A stretch of 64,000 nucleotides of DNA from Eledone cirrhosa (lineage: Eukaryota), in NCBI GenBank assembly GCA_964016885.1, contig OZ024743.1, forward strand, positions 139,996,001-140,060,000. The letters run 5' to 3'. The notes under the pieces were generated by a model. The model was given only the letters and a program-made list of their open reading frames with translations, was not told where the DNA came from and searched no databases. Numbering within the stretch: the stretch's first letter is position 1; each line of letters opens with the position of its first letter. Positions 42,244 through 54,556 of this stretch are shown one piece after another. The position numbers and the translations under genes were made by a program.

Positions 42244-42377
42244 ATACACATATATATGTGTAAATATATATATACACATATATATGTGTAAATATATATA
42301 TACACATATATATATACACATATATATGTGTAAATATATATATATACATATATATGTATGTATATATATATATATAT
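42000..42377. repeat. [(TA)nTTTAA]n compound microsatellite followed by three 18-bp perfect palindromes
   Basis: TA runs are punctuated by ATTTAAT. TACACATATATATGTGTA occurs at 42245, 42273 and 42315. An equivalent block is present in each unit. Confidence 0.93.
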
Positions 42378-45300
42378 AAACACCATTAAAAACTCCATTG
42401 AAAAGCTCATAAAAACTCATTAAAAACCCAATAAAAAGCACACTAAACCACCATTAAAAGCTACATCCTAAACCCATTAAAAACTATATTAAAACACCAT
42501 TAAAATTCCATTAAAAACCACATTAAAATCCATTAAAAATCCAATTAAAAACAGTAAAAACTTAATTGTAAACGTAATCGAAAGCGCAAGTAAAACAACA
42601 TTAAAACCATTTAACACCCCATTAAAACCCACAAAAATACCACCAGAACCCATTAAAATCCCATAACCGCCATTAAAATTCCATTAAAAATATTATCAAA
42701 AACTTCATTTAAAACACACTGGAAACCCATTAAACTTCATAATTCTCGTTAAAAAAAATCCATTAAAAACTCAATCAAAAACCCAATTAAAAGGCCATAA
42801 AAGAAACATTAAAACAGCATTTAAAATACCATTAAAAACGCCATAAAAAACATTAAAATCCCATTAAAAATACATTAAAGGCCCATTAAAAATTCCACTA
42901 AAAACCTCATTGAAAACCCCATTTAAAACCTAATTAGAAGCTCATAAAAACTCCCAAAACCCAATAAAAAAACCATTAAAACGTCATTAAAACGTCATAA
43001 AACGCTATTAAAACGTCATTAAAAATGTCATTAAAAACTCCATTGATAACTCAATTAAAAACTGCATTTTACCCCCCTCCTCCCCCATTAAAAACACATT
43101 AAACACTCCATTAAAATTACCATTAAAAACCAATTAAATACTCCATTAAACACTATATTAAAACCGCAATTATAAATTCTTTAAAAATCCAATTAAAAAC
43201 CATATTATAAACTCCATTAAAAATCCAATTAAAAACCCTACTGAAAATCCCATTATAAAATTACATAAAAAACCCATAATAATAGTCCTTTAAAAAACCA
43301 ATTAAAAATCCTATTAAAACGCCAAAAAAAACACCATTAAAACGTCATTAAAAATACAATTGAAAACACCATTAAAAAATACATTGCAAATTCCATTAAA
43401 AGACCCATTAAAAACTCCATTAAAAACATCACTAAAAAGCCCATTAAAAAGCTCATAAAACCCATTAAAATACAATTAATAACCAATTAACACTCCATTA
43501 AAAACCATTACAACCGTCATTAAAATGCCATAAAATACCATTAAAACGCCATTAAGAACGCCATTAAAATCGTCATTAAAAACCTCATTAAAAACTACAT
43601 TAAAACTTCATTAAAAACTCCATTAAAACCTCCATTATAAACTCTATTAAACTCCATTAAAAACTCAATTAAATCCCCCATTAAACCCCCATTAAGCCCC
43701 ATTAAAAGCCCCTGAAAATGCAACTAAAAACCAATTTTAAAACCCCATTAAAACACAATTAAAAGTCCATTGGAAACCCCATTAAAATTCCATTAAAAAT
43801 TCATTAAAAACTTAGTAAAAACTCGATTTTATACTCAATTAAAAAGGTAATTGAAAACTCAATTAGCACACCATTAAAAACTCATTAAAAAGCCCATAAA
43901 AACTCCATAAAAAATCTAATTGAAAAACATTAAAAATTCAGTTAAAAACCTGATTGAAAACCCCAATAAAAGTTCATTAAAAAAACTCCATTAAAAAATC
44001 AATCAAAACCCCATTAAAATAACATTGAAACTTATCGAAGCGTCATTAAGGATACCATTAAAAAACACCATTAAAACGGCATTGAAAACCCATTATAAAA
44101 AATTAAAGGGTCCGTAAAAAACACCATTATAAATCCATTAAAAACCTAATTGAAAAACCCATTAAAACTCAATTTTTAAACTAGATTAAAAACGCAATTA
44201 AAAACGCAATTAAAAGCTCAATGAAAAACCATTAAAAACACCATTAAAAACTCTAAAAAAAAGAGCACTAGCCATTAAAACTCCATTAAAACACATTGAA
44301 ACCTACTACCCCCATTAAACCCCATTAAAATTGCATTAAACACATTACACATCCATTAAAGCCCATTAGAAGGACCATCAAATATTTAAATTTAAACTAA
44401 ATCAGAAACTCGCTTAAAACACCATTAAAAACACATTAAAATGTCACTAATACCATTAACAACCACACCAAAAACTCCATTAATATACCATTAAAAACCG
44501 CATTGAAAACCCATAAAATCCCAAGTAAAGATCTTTTAAAAAACTACATTAAAAACCCAATTAAAAAACCCATTAAAACGCCATAAAAGTCATTAAAACG
44601 TCATTTAAAGTACCATTAAAAACGTCACTAGAAACCCAATTAAAAACACATTAAAAATTCCATTTGAAACCATATTAAAAATTTCATTAAATGCAATATT
44701 GAAAAACCCATTAAAAACACCAGTGAAAACTCATATAAATACTCAATTAAAAAACCAATTAAAAATCCTATTTAAACGTCACTAAAACACCATAAAAAAC
44801 ACAATTAAAACGTCATTAAAACACCATTAAACTATCATTAAAAATTACATTGAAAACACCATTAAAAATTCAATTAAAACCCCATTAAAAATCCATTAAA
44901 AAGATCATCATGAACGCACTTAAACACCATCAAAAACGCATTAAAAATTAAATTAAAAAGCAATTAATTTTTTTTATCAAACCCCCATTAAAATTCCATT
45001 AAACACTCCATTAAAAACAACATTGAAAACCCCCATTAAAAGCTCATACAAAATTATATTAAAAACCCAATAAAAACAATTACAACGCCATTAAAACATC
45101 ATAAAAACTCATTAAAATGTCATTTAAAATGCCATTAAAACCCTCACGGGGGGAAACGCAATTAAAAACACCATTAGAAATTTCATTAAAAACTCCATTA
45201 AAAATCATATTTAAAGTCAATTAGAACCCTTATTATAAATTCCATTAAAACCCATTAAGTATCCAATTGAAAAATCCATTAAGAGCTCATTAAAAATACT

Positions 45301-45647
45301 CCATTAAAAACCCAATTAAAAATCATTAAAACGCATTTAAACACCATAAAAACACAATTAAAACGCCATTAAAAAGACCATTAAAAACTCCATTAAAACA
45401 TCCTTGAATCTATTAAAAATTTCATTAAAAACGCAATCAAAAATTCCATTAAAAACCCATTTAAAAACTCATAAAGAACACCATTGAAAACCCAATTAAA
45501 AACTCCATAAAAAACCCATTAAACACCATCGAAAATCACATTAAAATTCCATTAAAACACCATTAAAAAGCCATTAAAACCCAATTTTAAACGCAATTAA
45601 AAACTGAATTAAAACACTATTAAAAACTCATAAAAAAGGCTCATAAA
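42378..45647 (+). repeat. Degenerate 11-12-bp satellite, A-rich orientation (CCATTAAAA/CAATTAAAA); also 48496-51743, 54696-57941, 60893-64000
   Basis: About 3.3 kb of monomers such as CTCCATTAAAAA, CACCATTAAAA, CGTCATTAAAA and CCCAATTAAAAA. Confidence 0.95.
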
Positions 45648-46106
45648 TAATGGGGTTTTCAATTGTTTTTTATGAAATTTATAATATGGCTTTTAATGAA
45701 CTTTTTAATGGGCTTTTAGTGGAGTTTTTAATGGATTTTTATGGAATTTTTAATGGCATTATTAATGGTTTTTTAATTGGGCTTTTTGTGATGTTTTAAT
45801 GGCGTTTTTATGACATTTTATTGTGTTTTGTGGCGTTTTAATGGCGTTTTAATTGGTTTGTTATTGGGTTTTTAATAGAGTTTTATGAACTTTTAATATG
45901 GGGTTAATGGGTTTTGAATGTGTTTTCAATGGAACTTTTAATTGAGTTTTTAATGAAATTTCTAATGGGATGTGTAATTGAATTTTTAATTGGTTTTTAA
46001 TGGGTTTAGTGGGTTTATAGTGGAGTTTTTAATGGTGTTTTAATGGTGCTTCGATTGAGTTTTTAATTGGGTTTTTAATTGAGTTTTTACTGAGTTTTTA
46101 ATTGAG
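45648..46106 (-). repeat. Same 11-12-bp satellite, inverted (T-rich) block; equivalent blocks start at 51744 and 57942
   Basis: Abrupt polarity switch at GGCTCATAAA|TAATGGGGTTTTC. Confidence 0.92.
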
Positions 46107-46421
46107 TTTTTATTTTATTTTATTTTATTTATTTTTTATATTTAATTTTTTTTTATTTTTTTTTATTTTATTTTATTTTTATTTATTTTATTTTATTTTA
46201 TTTTATTTTATTTTATTTATTTTATTTTATTTTATTTATATTTTTTAGTTTTTTTTATTTTATTTTATTTTATTTTTTTTTATTTTTTTTTATTTTATTT
46301 TATTTTATTTTATTTTATTTTATTTTATTTTATTTTATTTTATTTTTTATTTTATTTTATTTTATTTTATTTTATTTTATTTTATTTTATTTTATTTTAT
46401 TTTATTTTATTTTATTTTATT
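46107..46421. repeat. (ATTTT)n pentanucleotide tract (unit 1)
   Basis: Interrupted on the left and pure on the right; flanked on both sides by TTGAGTTTTTA(A)TT. Confidence 0.97.
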
Positions 46422-46429
46422 GAGTTTTT

Positions 46430-46477
46430 AATTTAGTTTATAATTTAGTTTATAACTTAGTTTATAATTTAGTTTAT
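46430..46477. repeat. 12-bp tandem repeat (AATTTAGTTTAT)x4 preceding the 65-bp duplication; also ~52585-52632 and ~58798-58845
   Basis: AATTTAGTTTATAATTTAGTTTATAACTTAGTTTATAATTTAGTTTAT. Confidence 0.88.
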
Positions 46478-46480
46478 TTC

Positions 46481-46612
46481 TCCCTCTTCTCCCCCTACTG
46501 TCCTCTACAGCCAGATCTGCCTTTCTTTACCCCTCCCAAGTCTCTTCCCTCTTCTCCCCCTACTGTCCTCTACAGCCTGATCTGCCTTTCTTTACCCCTC
46601 CCTAGTCTCTTC
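46481..46612. repeat. 65-bp pyrimidine-rich direct duplication (also at 52636-52767 and 58849-58980)
   Basis: TCCCTCTTCTCCCCCTACTGTCCTCTACAGCC(A/T)GATCTGCCTTTCTTTACCCCTCCC(A/T)AGTCTCT occurs twice, starting at 46481 and 46546, with 2 mismatches. Confidence 0.95.
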
Positions 46613-47374
46613 ATTATTCAGTTTTGTTTTTATCTTTCTAAAACATCCTAGTTTTAATGAAATTAAAAGGAAATAGCAATCGCTATAAGTGTGCAAGCCA
46701 GCATGTAACTTCATGTGTGTGTGTTTTTAATGGAGTTTTTAATTGAGTTTTAATGGAGTTTTAATTGAGTTTATAATGGAGATTTAAATGGAATTTTTAA
46801 TTGAGTTTTAATGTAGTTTTAATGGTGTTTTATGCCGTTTTAATGGTATTTTAATGGGGTTTTTATTTGGTTTTTTATAAAGTTTTGGGTGCGCTTTTAA
46901 TGGGGGTTTAATGGGTTTTCAGTGTAGTTTTTAATGACATTTTTAATGGTTTTCCAATGGAACCTTAGTGGTGTGTTAATGCAATTTTAATTGGTTTAAT
47001 GGGCTTTTAATTGTGTTTTTAATGGTGTTTTAATTGGGTTTTTAATTGCGTTTTAATTGAGTTTTTATTTCGGTTTAAATTTGAGGTTTTAATGTCTTTT
47101 CGAGGGGGGGGGGGGTTTAATGGGTGTTTTAATGGAGTTTTAATGGGGACTTTTAATGGAAACTTTAATTTTGTTTTAATTGGGTTTTTATGGGTTTCCA
47201 ATGTGGTTTTTAATGGCGCTTTTATTGGCATTCTTAATGATGTTTTAATTGTGTTTTAATGGGGGGTTTGGTTGGGGTTTTAATGGAGTGTTTTATGAGC
47301 TTATAATGGGGTTTTTAATGGGTTTTTCAAAATAGATTTTTAATTGAATTTTTAATGTGGTTTTTAATGGGATT

Positions 47375-47435
<61 letters not shown>

Positions 47436-47494
47436 GTGTGTGTGTATATATATATAGTGTGTATGTATATATATATATATATATAGTGTGTGCG

Positions 47495-47524
<30 letters not shown>

Positions 47525-47526
<2 letters not shown>

Positions 47527-47920
47527 ACACAAATATTAGCATATACATATTTTCTTAGTAATTGAGGATGTGTTTTTTATACATACATATGCATATTGCA
47601 TCCATACATACACACATACAAGCATATACATACACATACACACACATATATATACACACACTGTATATATATACATACACACACACACATATATATATAT
47701 ACACCACACACTATATATATATATAGTGTGTGTGTGTATATATATATGTGTGTGTGTGTGTATGTATATATATATATACAGTGTGTGTATATATGTGTGT
47801 GTGTATGTCTATGTATATGCTTGTATGTGTGTATGTATGTATGTATGCAATATGCATATGTATGTATAAAAACACATCCTCAATGACTAAGAAATTATGT
47901 ATATGCTAATATTTGTGTTA
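47525..47920. repeat. 396-bp palindrome (unit 2)
   Basis: TAACACAAATATTAGC...GCTAATATTTGTGTTA with the same internal symmetry. Confidence 0.95.
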
Positions 47921-48119
47921 GTGTCTATATAAATGTATGTATGTAGTATATGCAAGTGTTCGTGCAAATTGAAAATAGATTTAATAATTTTAATAATATC
48001 TAGAACAATGTGATCTAAAAAAAATATTTTTTAAGATACGAATATATCGTTGTCAGCTTAATATGGCACTAACGCAAAATATAAATCCCAGTTTATATAT
48101 AGTGTGTAACATGAAAGTG

Positions 48120-48156
<37 letters not shown>

Positions 48157-48254
48157 ATATATATATATATATATATTTAATATATATATATATATATATA
48201 TTTAATATATATATATATATATATATATTTAATATATATATATATATATATATA

Positions 48255-48289
<35 letters not shown>

Positions 48290-48317
48290 ATATATATATA
48301 TATATATATATATTTAA

Positions 48318-48361
<44 letters not shown>

Positions 48362-51300
48362 ATACACATATATATGTGTAAATATATATATACACATATA
48401 TATGTGTAAATATATATATACACATATATATATACACATATATATGTGTAAATATATATATATACATATATATGTATGTATATATATATATATATAAACA
48501 CCATTAAAAACTCCATTGAAAAGCTCATAAAAACTCATTAAAAACCCAATAAAAAGCACACTAAACCACCATTAAAAGCTACATCCGAAACCCATTAAAA
48601 ACTATATTAAAACACCATTAAAATTCCATTAAAAACCACATTAAAATCCATTAAAAATCCAATTAAAAACAGTAAAAACTTAATTGTAAACGTAATCGAA
48701 AGCGCAAGTAAAACAACATTAAAACCATTTAACACCCCATTAAAACCCACAAAAATACCACCAGAACCCATTAAAATCCCATAACCGCCATTAAAATTCC
48801 ATTAAAAATATTATCAAAAACTTCATTTAAAACACACTGGAAACCCATTAAACTTCATAATTCTCGTTAAAAAAAATTCATTAAAAACTCAATCAAAAAC
48901 CCAATTAAAAGGCCATAAAAGAAACATTAAAACAGCATTTAAAATACCATTAAAAACGCCATAAAAAACATTAAAATCCCATTAAAAATACATTAAAGGC
49001 CCATTAAAAATTCCACTAAAAACCTCATTGAAAACCCCATTTAAAACCTAATTAGAAGCTCATAAAAACTCCCAAAACCCAATAAAAAAACCATTAAAAC
49101 GTCATTAAAACGTCATAAAACGCTATTAAAACGTCATTAAAAATGTCATTAAAAACTCCATTGATAACTCAATTAAAAACTGCATTTTACCCCCCTCCTC
49201 CCCCATTAAAAACACATTAAACACTCCATTAAAATTACCATTAAAAACCAATTAAATACTCCATTAAACACTATATTAAAACCGCAATTATAAATTCTTT
49301 AAAAATCCAATTAAAAACCATATTATAAACTCCATTAAAAATCCAATTAAAAACCCTACTGAAAATCCCATTATAAAATTACATAAAAAACCCATAATAA
49401 TAGTCCTTAAAAAAACAATTAAAAATCCTATTAAAACGCCATAAAAAACACCATTAAAACGTCATTAAAAATACAATTGAAAACACCATTAAAAACTACA
49501 TTGCAAATTCCATTAAAAGACCCATTAAAAACTCCATTAAAAACACCACTAAAAAGTCCATTAAAAAGCTCATAAAACCCATTAAAATACAATTAATAAC
49601 CAATTAACACTCCATTAAAAACCATTACAACCGTCATTAAAATGCCATAAAATACCATTAAAACGCCATTAAGAACGCCATTAAAATCGTCATTAAAAAC
49701 CTCATTAAAAACTACATTAAAACTTCATTAAAAACTCCATTAAAACCTACATTATAAACTCTATTAAACTCCATTAAAAACTCAATTAAATCCCCCATTA
49801 AACCCCCATTAAGCCCCATTAAAAGCCCCTGAAAAATGCAACTAAAAACAAATTTTAAAACCCCATTAAAACACAATTAAAAGTCCATTGGAAACCCCAT
49901 TAAAATTCCATTAAAAATTCATTAAAAACTTAGTAAAAACTCGATTTTATACTCAATTAAAAAGGTAATTGAAAACTCAATTAGCACACCATTAAAAACT
50001 CATTAAAAAGCCCATAAAAACTCCATAAAAAATCTAATTGAAAAACATTAAAAATTCAGTTAAAAACCTGATTGAAAACCCCAATAAAAGTTCATTAAAA
50101 AAACTCCATTAAAAAATCAATCAAAACCCCATTAAAATAACATTGAAACTTATCGAAGCGTCATTAAGGATACCATTAAAAAACACCATTAAAACGGCAT
50201 TGAAAACCCATTATAAAAAATTAAAGGGTCCGTAAAAAACACCATTATAAATCCATTAAAAACCTAATTGAAAAACCCATTAAAACTCAATTTTTAAACT
50301 AGATTAAAAACGCAATTAAAAACGCAATTAAAAGCTCAATGAAAAACCATTAAAAACACCATTAAAAACTCTAAAAAAAAGAGCACTAGCCATTAAAACT
50401 CCATTAAAACACATTGAAACCTACTACCCCCATTAAACCCCATTAAAATTGCATTAACCACATTACACATCCATTAAAGCCCATTAGACGGACCATCAAA
50501 TATTTAAATTTAAACTAAATCAGAAACTCGCTTAAAACACCATTAAAAACACATTAAAATGTCACTAATACCATTAACAACCACACCAAAAACTCCATTA
50601 ATATACCATTAAAAACCGCATTGAAAACCCATAAAATCCCAAGTAAAGATCTTTTAAAAAACTACATTAAAAACCCAATTAAAAAACCCATTAAAACGCC
50701 ATAAAAGTCATTAAAACGTCATTTAAAGTACCATTAAAAACGTCACTAGAAACCCAATTAAAAACACATTAAAAATTCCATTTGAAACCATATTAAAAAT
50801 TTCATTAAATGCAATATTGAAAAACCCATTAAAAACACCAGTGAAAACTCATATAAATACTCAATTAAAAAACCAATTAAAAATCCTATTTAAACGTCAC
50901 TAAAACACCATAAAAAACACAATTAAAACGTCATTAAAACACCATTAAACTATCATTAAAAATTACATTGAAAACACCATTAAAATTCAATTAAAACCCC
51001 ATTAAAAATCCATTAAAAAGATCATCATGAACGCACTTAAATACCATCAAAAACGCATTAAAAATTAAATTAAAAAGCAATTAATTTTTTTTATCAAACC
51101 CCCATTAAAATTCCATTAAACACTCCATTAAAAACAACATTGAAAACCCCCATTAAAAGCTCATACAAAATTATATTAAAAACCCAATAAAAAACAATTA
51201 CAACGCCATTAAAACATCATAAAAACTCATTAAAATGTCATTTAAAATGCCATTAAAACCCTCACGGGGGGAAACGCAATTAAAAACACCATTAGAAATT

Positions 51301-52205
51301 TCATTAAAAACTCCATTAAAAATCATATTTAAAGTCAATTAGAACCCTTATTATAAATTCCATTAAAACCCATTAAGTATCCAATTGAAAAATCCATTAA
51401 GAGCTCATTAAAAATACTCCATTAAAAACCCAATTAAAAATCATTAAAACGCATTTAAACACCATAAAAACACAATTAAAACGCCATTAAAAACTCCATT
51501 AAAACATCCTTGAATCTATTAAAAATTTCATTAAAAACGCAATCAAAAATTCCATTAAAAACCCATTTAAAAACTCATAAACAACACCATTGAAAACCCA
51601 ATTAAAAACTCCATAAAAAACCCATCAAACACCATCGAAAATCCCATTAAAACACCATTAAAAAGCCATTAAAACCCAATTTTAAACGCAATTAAAAACT
51701 GAATTAAAACACTATTAAAAACTCATAAAAAAAGGCTCATAAATAATGGGGTTTTCAATTGTTTTTTATGAAATTTATAATATGGCTTTTAATGAACTTT
51801 TTAATGGGCTTTTAGTGGAGTTTTTAATGGATTTTTATGGAATTTTTAATGACATTATTAATGGTTTTTTAATTGGGCTTTTTGTGATGTTTTAATGGCG
51901 TTTTTATGACATTTTATTGTGTTTTGTGGCGTTTTAATGGCGTTTTAATTGGTTTGTTATTGGGTTTTTAATAGAGTTTTATGAACTTTTAATATGGGGT
52001 TAATGGGTTTTGAATGTGTTTTCAATGGAACTTTTAATTGAGTTTTTAATGAAATTTCTAATGGGATGTGTAATTGAATTTTTAATTGGTTTTTAATGGG
52101 TTTAGTGGGTTTATAGTGGAGTTTTTAATGGTGTTTTAATGGTGCTTCGATTGAGTTTTTAATTGAGTTTTTAATTGAGTTTTTACTGAGTTTTTAATTG
52201 AGTTC

Positions 52206-52576
52206 TTATTTTATTTTATTTTATTTATTTTTTATATTTAATTTTTTTTTATTTTTTTTTATTTTATTTTATTTTTATTTATTTTATTTTATTTTATTTT
52301 ATTTTATTTTATTTTATTTTATTTATTTTATTTTATTTTATTTATATTTTTTAGTTTTTTTTATTTTATTTTATTTTATTTTTTTTATTTTATTTTATTT
52401 TATTTTATTTTATTTTATTTTATTTTATTTTATTTTATTTTATTTTATTTTATTTTTTATTTTATTTTATTTTATTTTATTTTATTTTATTTTATTTTAT
52501 TTTATTTTATTTTATTTTATTTTATTTTATTTTATTTTATTTTATTTTATTTTATTTTATTTTATTTTATTTTATT
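52206..52576. repeat. (ATTTT)n tract (unit 2)
   Basis: As in unit 1, with a longer pure segment. Confidence 0.97.
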
Positions 52577-53531
52577 GAGTTTTTAATTTAGTTTATAATT
52601 TAGTTTATAACTTAGTTTATAATTTAGTTTATTTCTCCCTCTTCTCCCCCTACTGTCCTCTACAGCCAGATCTGCCTTTCTTTACCCCTCCCAAGTCTCT
52701 TCCCTCTTCTCCCCCTACTGTCCTCTACAGCCTGATCTGCCTTTCTTTACCCCTCCCTAGTCTCTTCATTATTCAGTTTTGTTTTTATCTTTCTAAAACA
52801 TCCTAGTTTTAATGAAATTAAAAGGAAATAGCAATCGCTATAAGTGTGCAAGCCAGCATGTAACTTCATGTGTGTGTGTTTTTAATGGAGTTTTTAATTG
52901 AGTTTTAATGGAGTTTTAATTGAGTTTATAATGGAGATTTAAATGGAATTTTTAATTGAGTTTTAATGTAGTTTTAATGGTGTTTTATGCCGTTTTAATG
53001 GTATTTTAATGGGGTTTTTATTTGGCTTTTTATAAAGTTTTGGGTGCGCTTTTAATGGGGGTTTAATGGGTTTTCAGTGTAGTTTTTAATGACATTTTTA
53101 ATGGTTTTCCAATGGTACCTTAGTGGTGTGTTAATGCAATTTTAATTGGTTTAATGGGCTTTTAATTGTGTTTTTAATGGTGTTTTAATTGAGTTTTTAA
53201 TTGCGTTTTAATTGAGTTTTTATTTCGGTTTAAATTTGAGGTTTTAATGTCTTTTCGAGGGGGGGGGGTTAATGGGTGTTTTAATGGAGTTTTAATGGGG
53301 ACTTTTAATGGAAACTTTAATTTTGTTTTAATTGGGTTTTTATGGGTTTCCAATGTGGTTTTTAATGGCGCTTTTATTGGCATTCTTAATGATGTTTTAA
53401 TTGTGTTTAATGGGGGGTTTGGTTGGGGTTTTAATGGAGTGTTTTATGAGCTTATAATGGGGTTTTTAATGGGTTTTTCAAAATAGATTTTTAATTGAAT
53501 TTTTAATGTGGTTTTTAATGGGATTTATATA

Positions 53532-53578
<47 letters not shown>

Positions 53579-53641
53579 GTGTGTGTGTATATATATATAT
53601 ATAGTGTGTATGTATATATATATATATATATAGTGTGTGCG

Positions 53642-53671
<30 letters not shown>

Positions 53672-53673
<2 letters not shown>

Positions 53674-54067
53674 ACACAAATATTAGCATATACATATTTT
53701 CTTAGTAATTGAGGATGTGTTTTTTATACATACATATGCATATTGCATCCATACATACACACATACAAGCATATACATACACATACACACACATATATAT
53801 ACACACACTGTATATATATACATACACACACACACATATATATATATACACCACACACTATATATATATATAGTGTGTGTGTGTATATATATATGTGTGT
53901 GTGTGTGTATGTATATATATATATACAGTGTGTGTATATATGTGTGTGTGTATGTCTATGTATATGCTTGTATGTGTGTATGTATGTATGTATGCAATAT
54001 GCATATGTATGTATAAAAACACATCCTCAATGACTAAGAAATTATGTATATGCTAATATTTGTGTTA
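53672..54067. repeat. 396-bp palindrome (unit 3)
   Basis: Same termini and centre as unit 2. Confidence 0.95.
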
Positions 54068-54293
54068 GTGTCTATATAAATGTATGTATGTAGTATATGC
54101 AAGTGTTCGTGCAAATTGAAAATAGATTTAATAATTTTAATAATATCTAGAACAATGTGATCTAAAAAAAATATTTTTTAAGATACGAATATATCGTTGT
54201 CAGCTTAATATGGCACTAACGCAAAATATAAATCCCAGTTTATATATAGTGTGTAACATGAAAGTGGAATATATATATATATATATATATATA

Positions 54294-54366
<73 letters not shown>

Positions 54367-54460
54367 ATATATATATATATATATATATTTAATATATATA
54401 TATATATATATATATTTAATATATATATATATATATTTAATATATATATATATATATATA

Positions 54461-54495
<35 letters not shown>

Positions 54496-54525
54496 ATATA
54501 TATATATATATATATATATATTTAA

Positions 54526-54556
<31 letters not shown>

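Noticed and set aside
42245-42332. Repeated 18-bp palindromes resembling a CRISPR array
   Set aside because: The spacers are just TA runs, there are only three copies and no cas genes, and the context is eukaryote-like satellite.
46481-46510. Polypyrimidine tract plus CTACAG resembling a 3' splice acceptor
   Set aside because: No credible exon, ORF or donor follows; it cannot be supported without transcripts.
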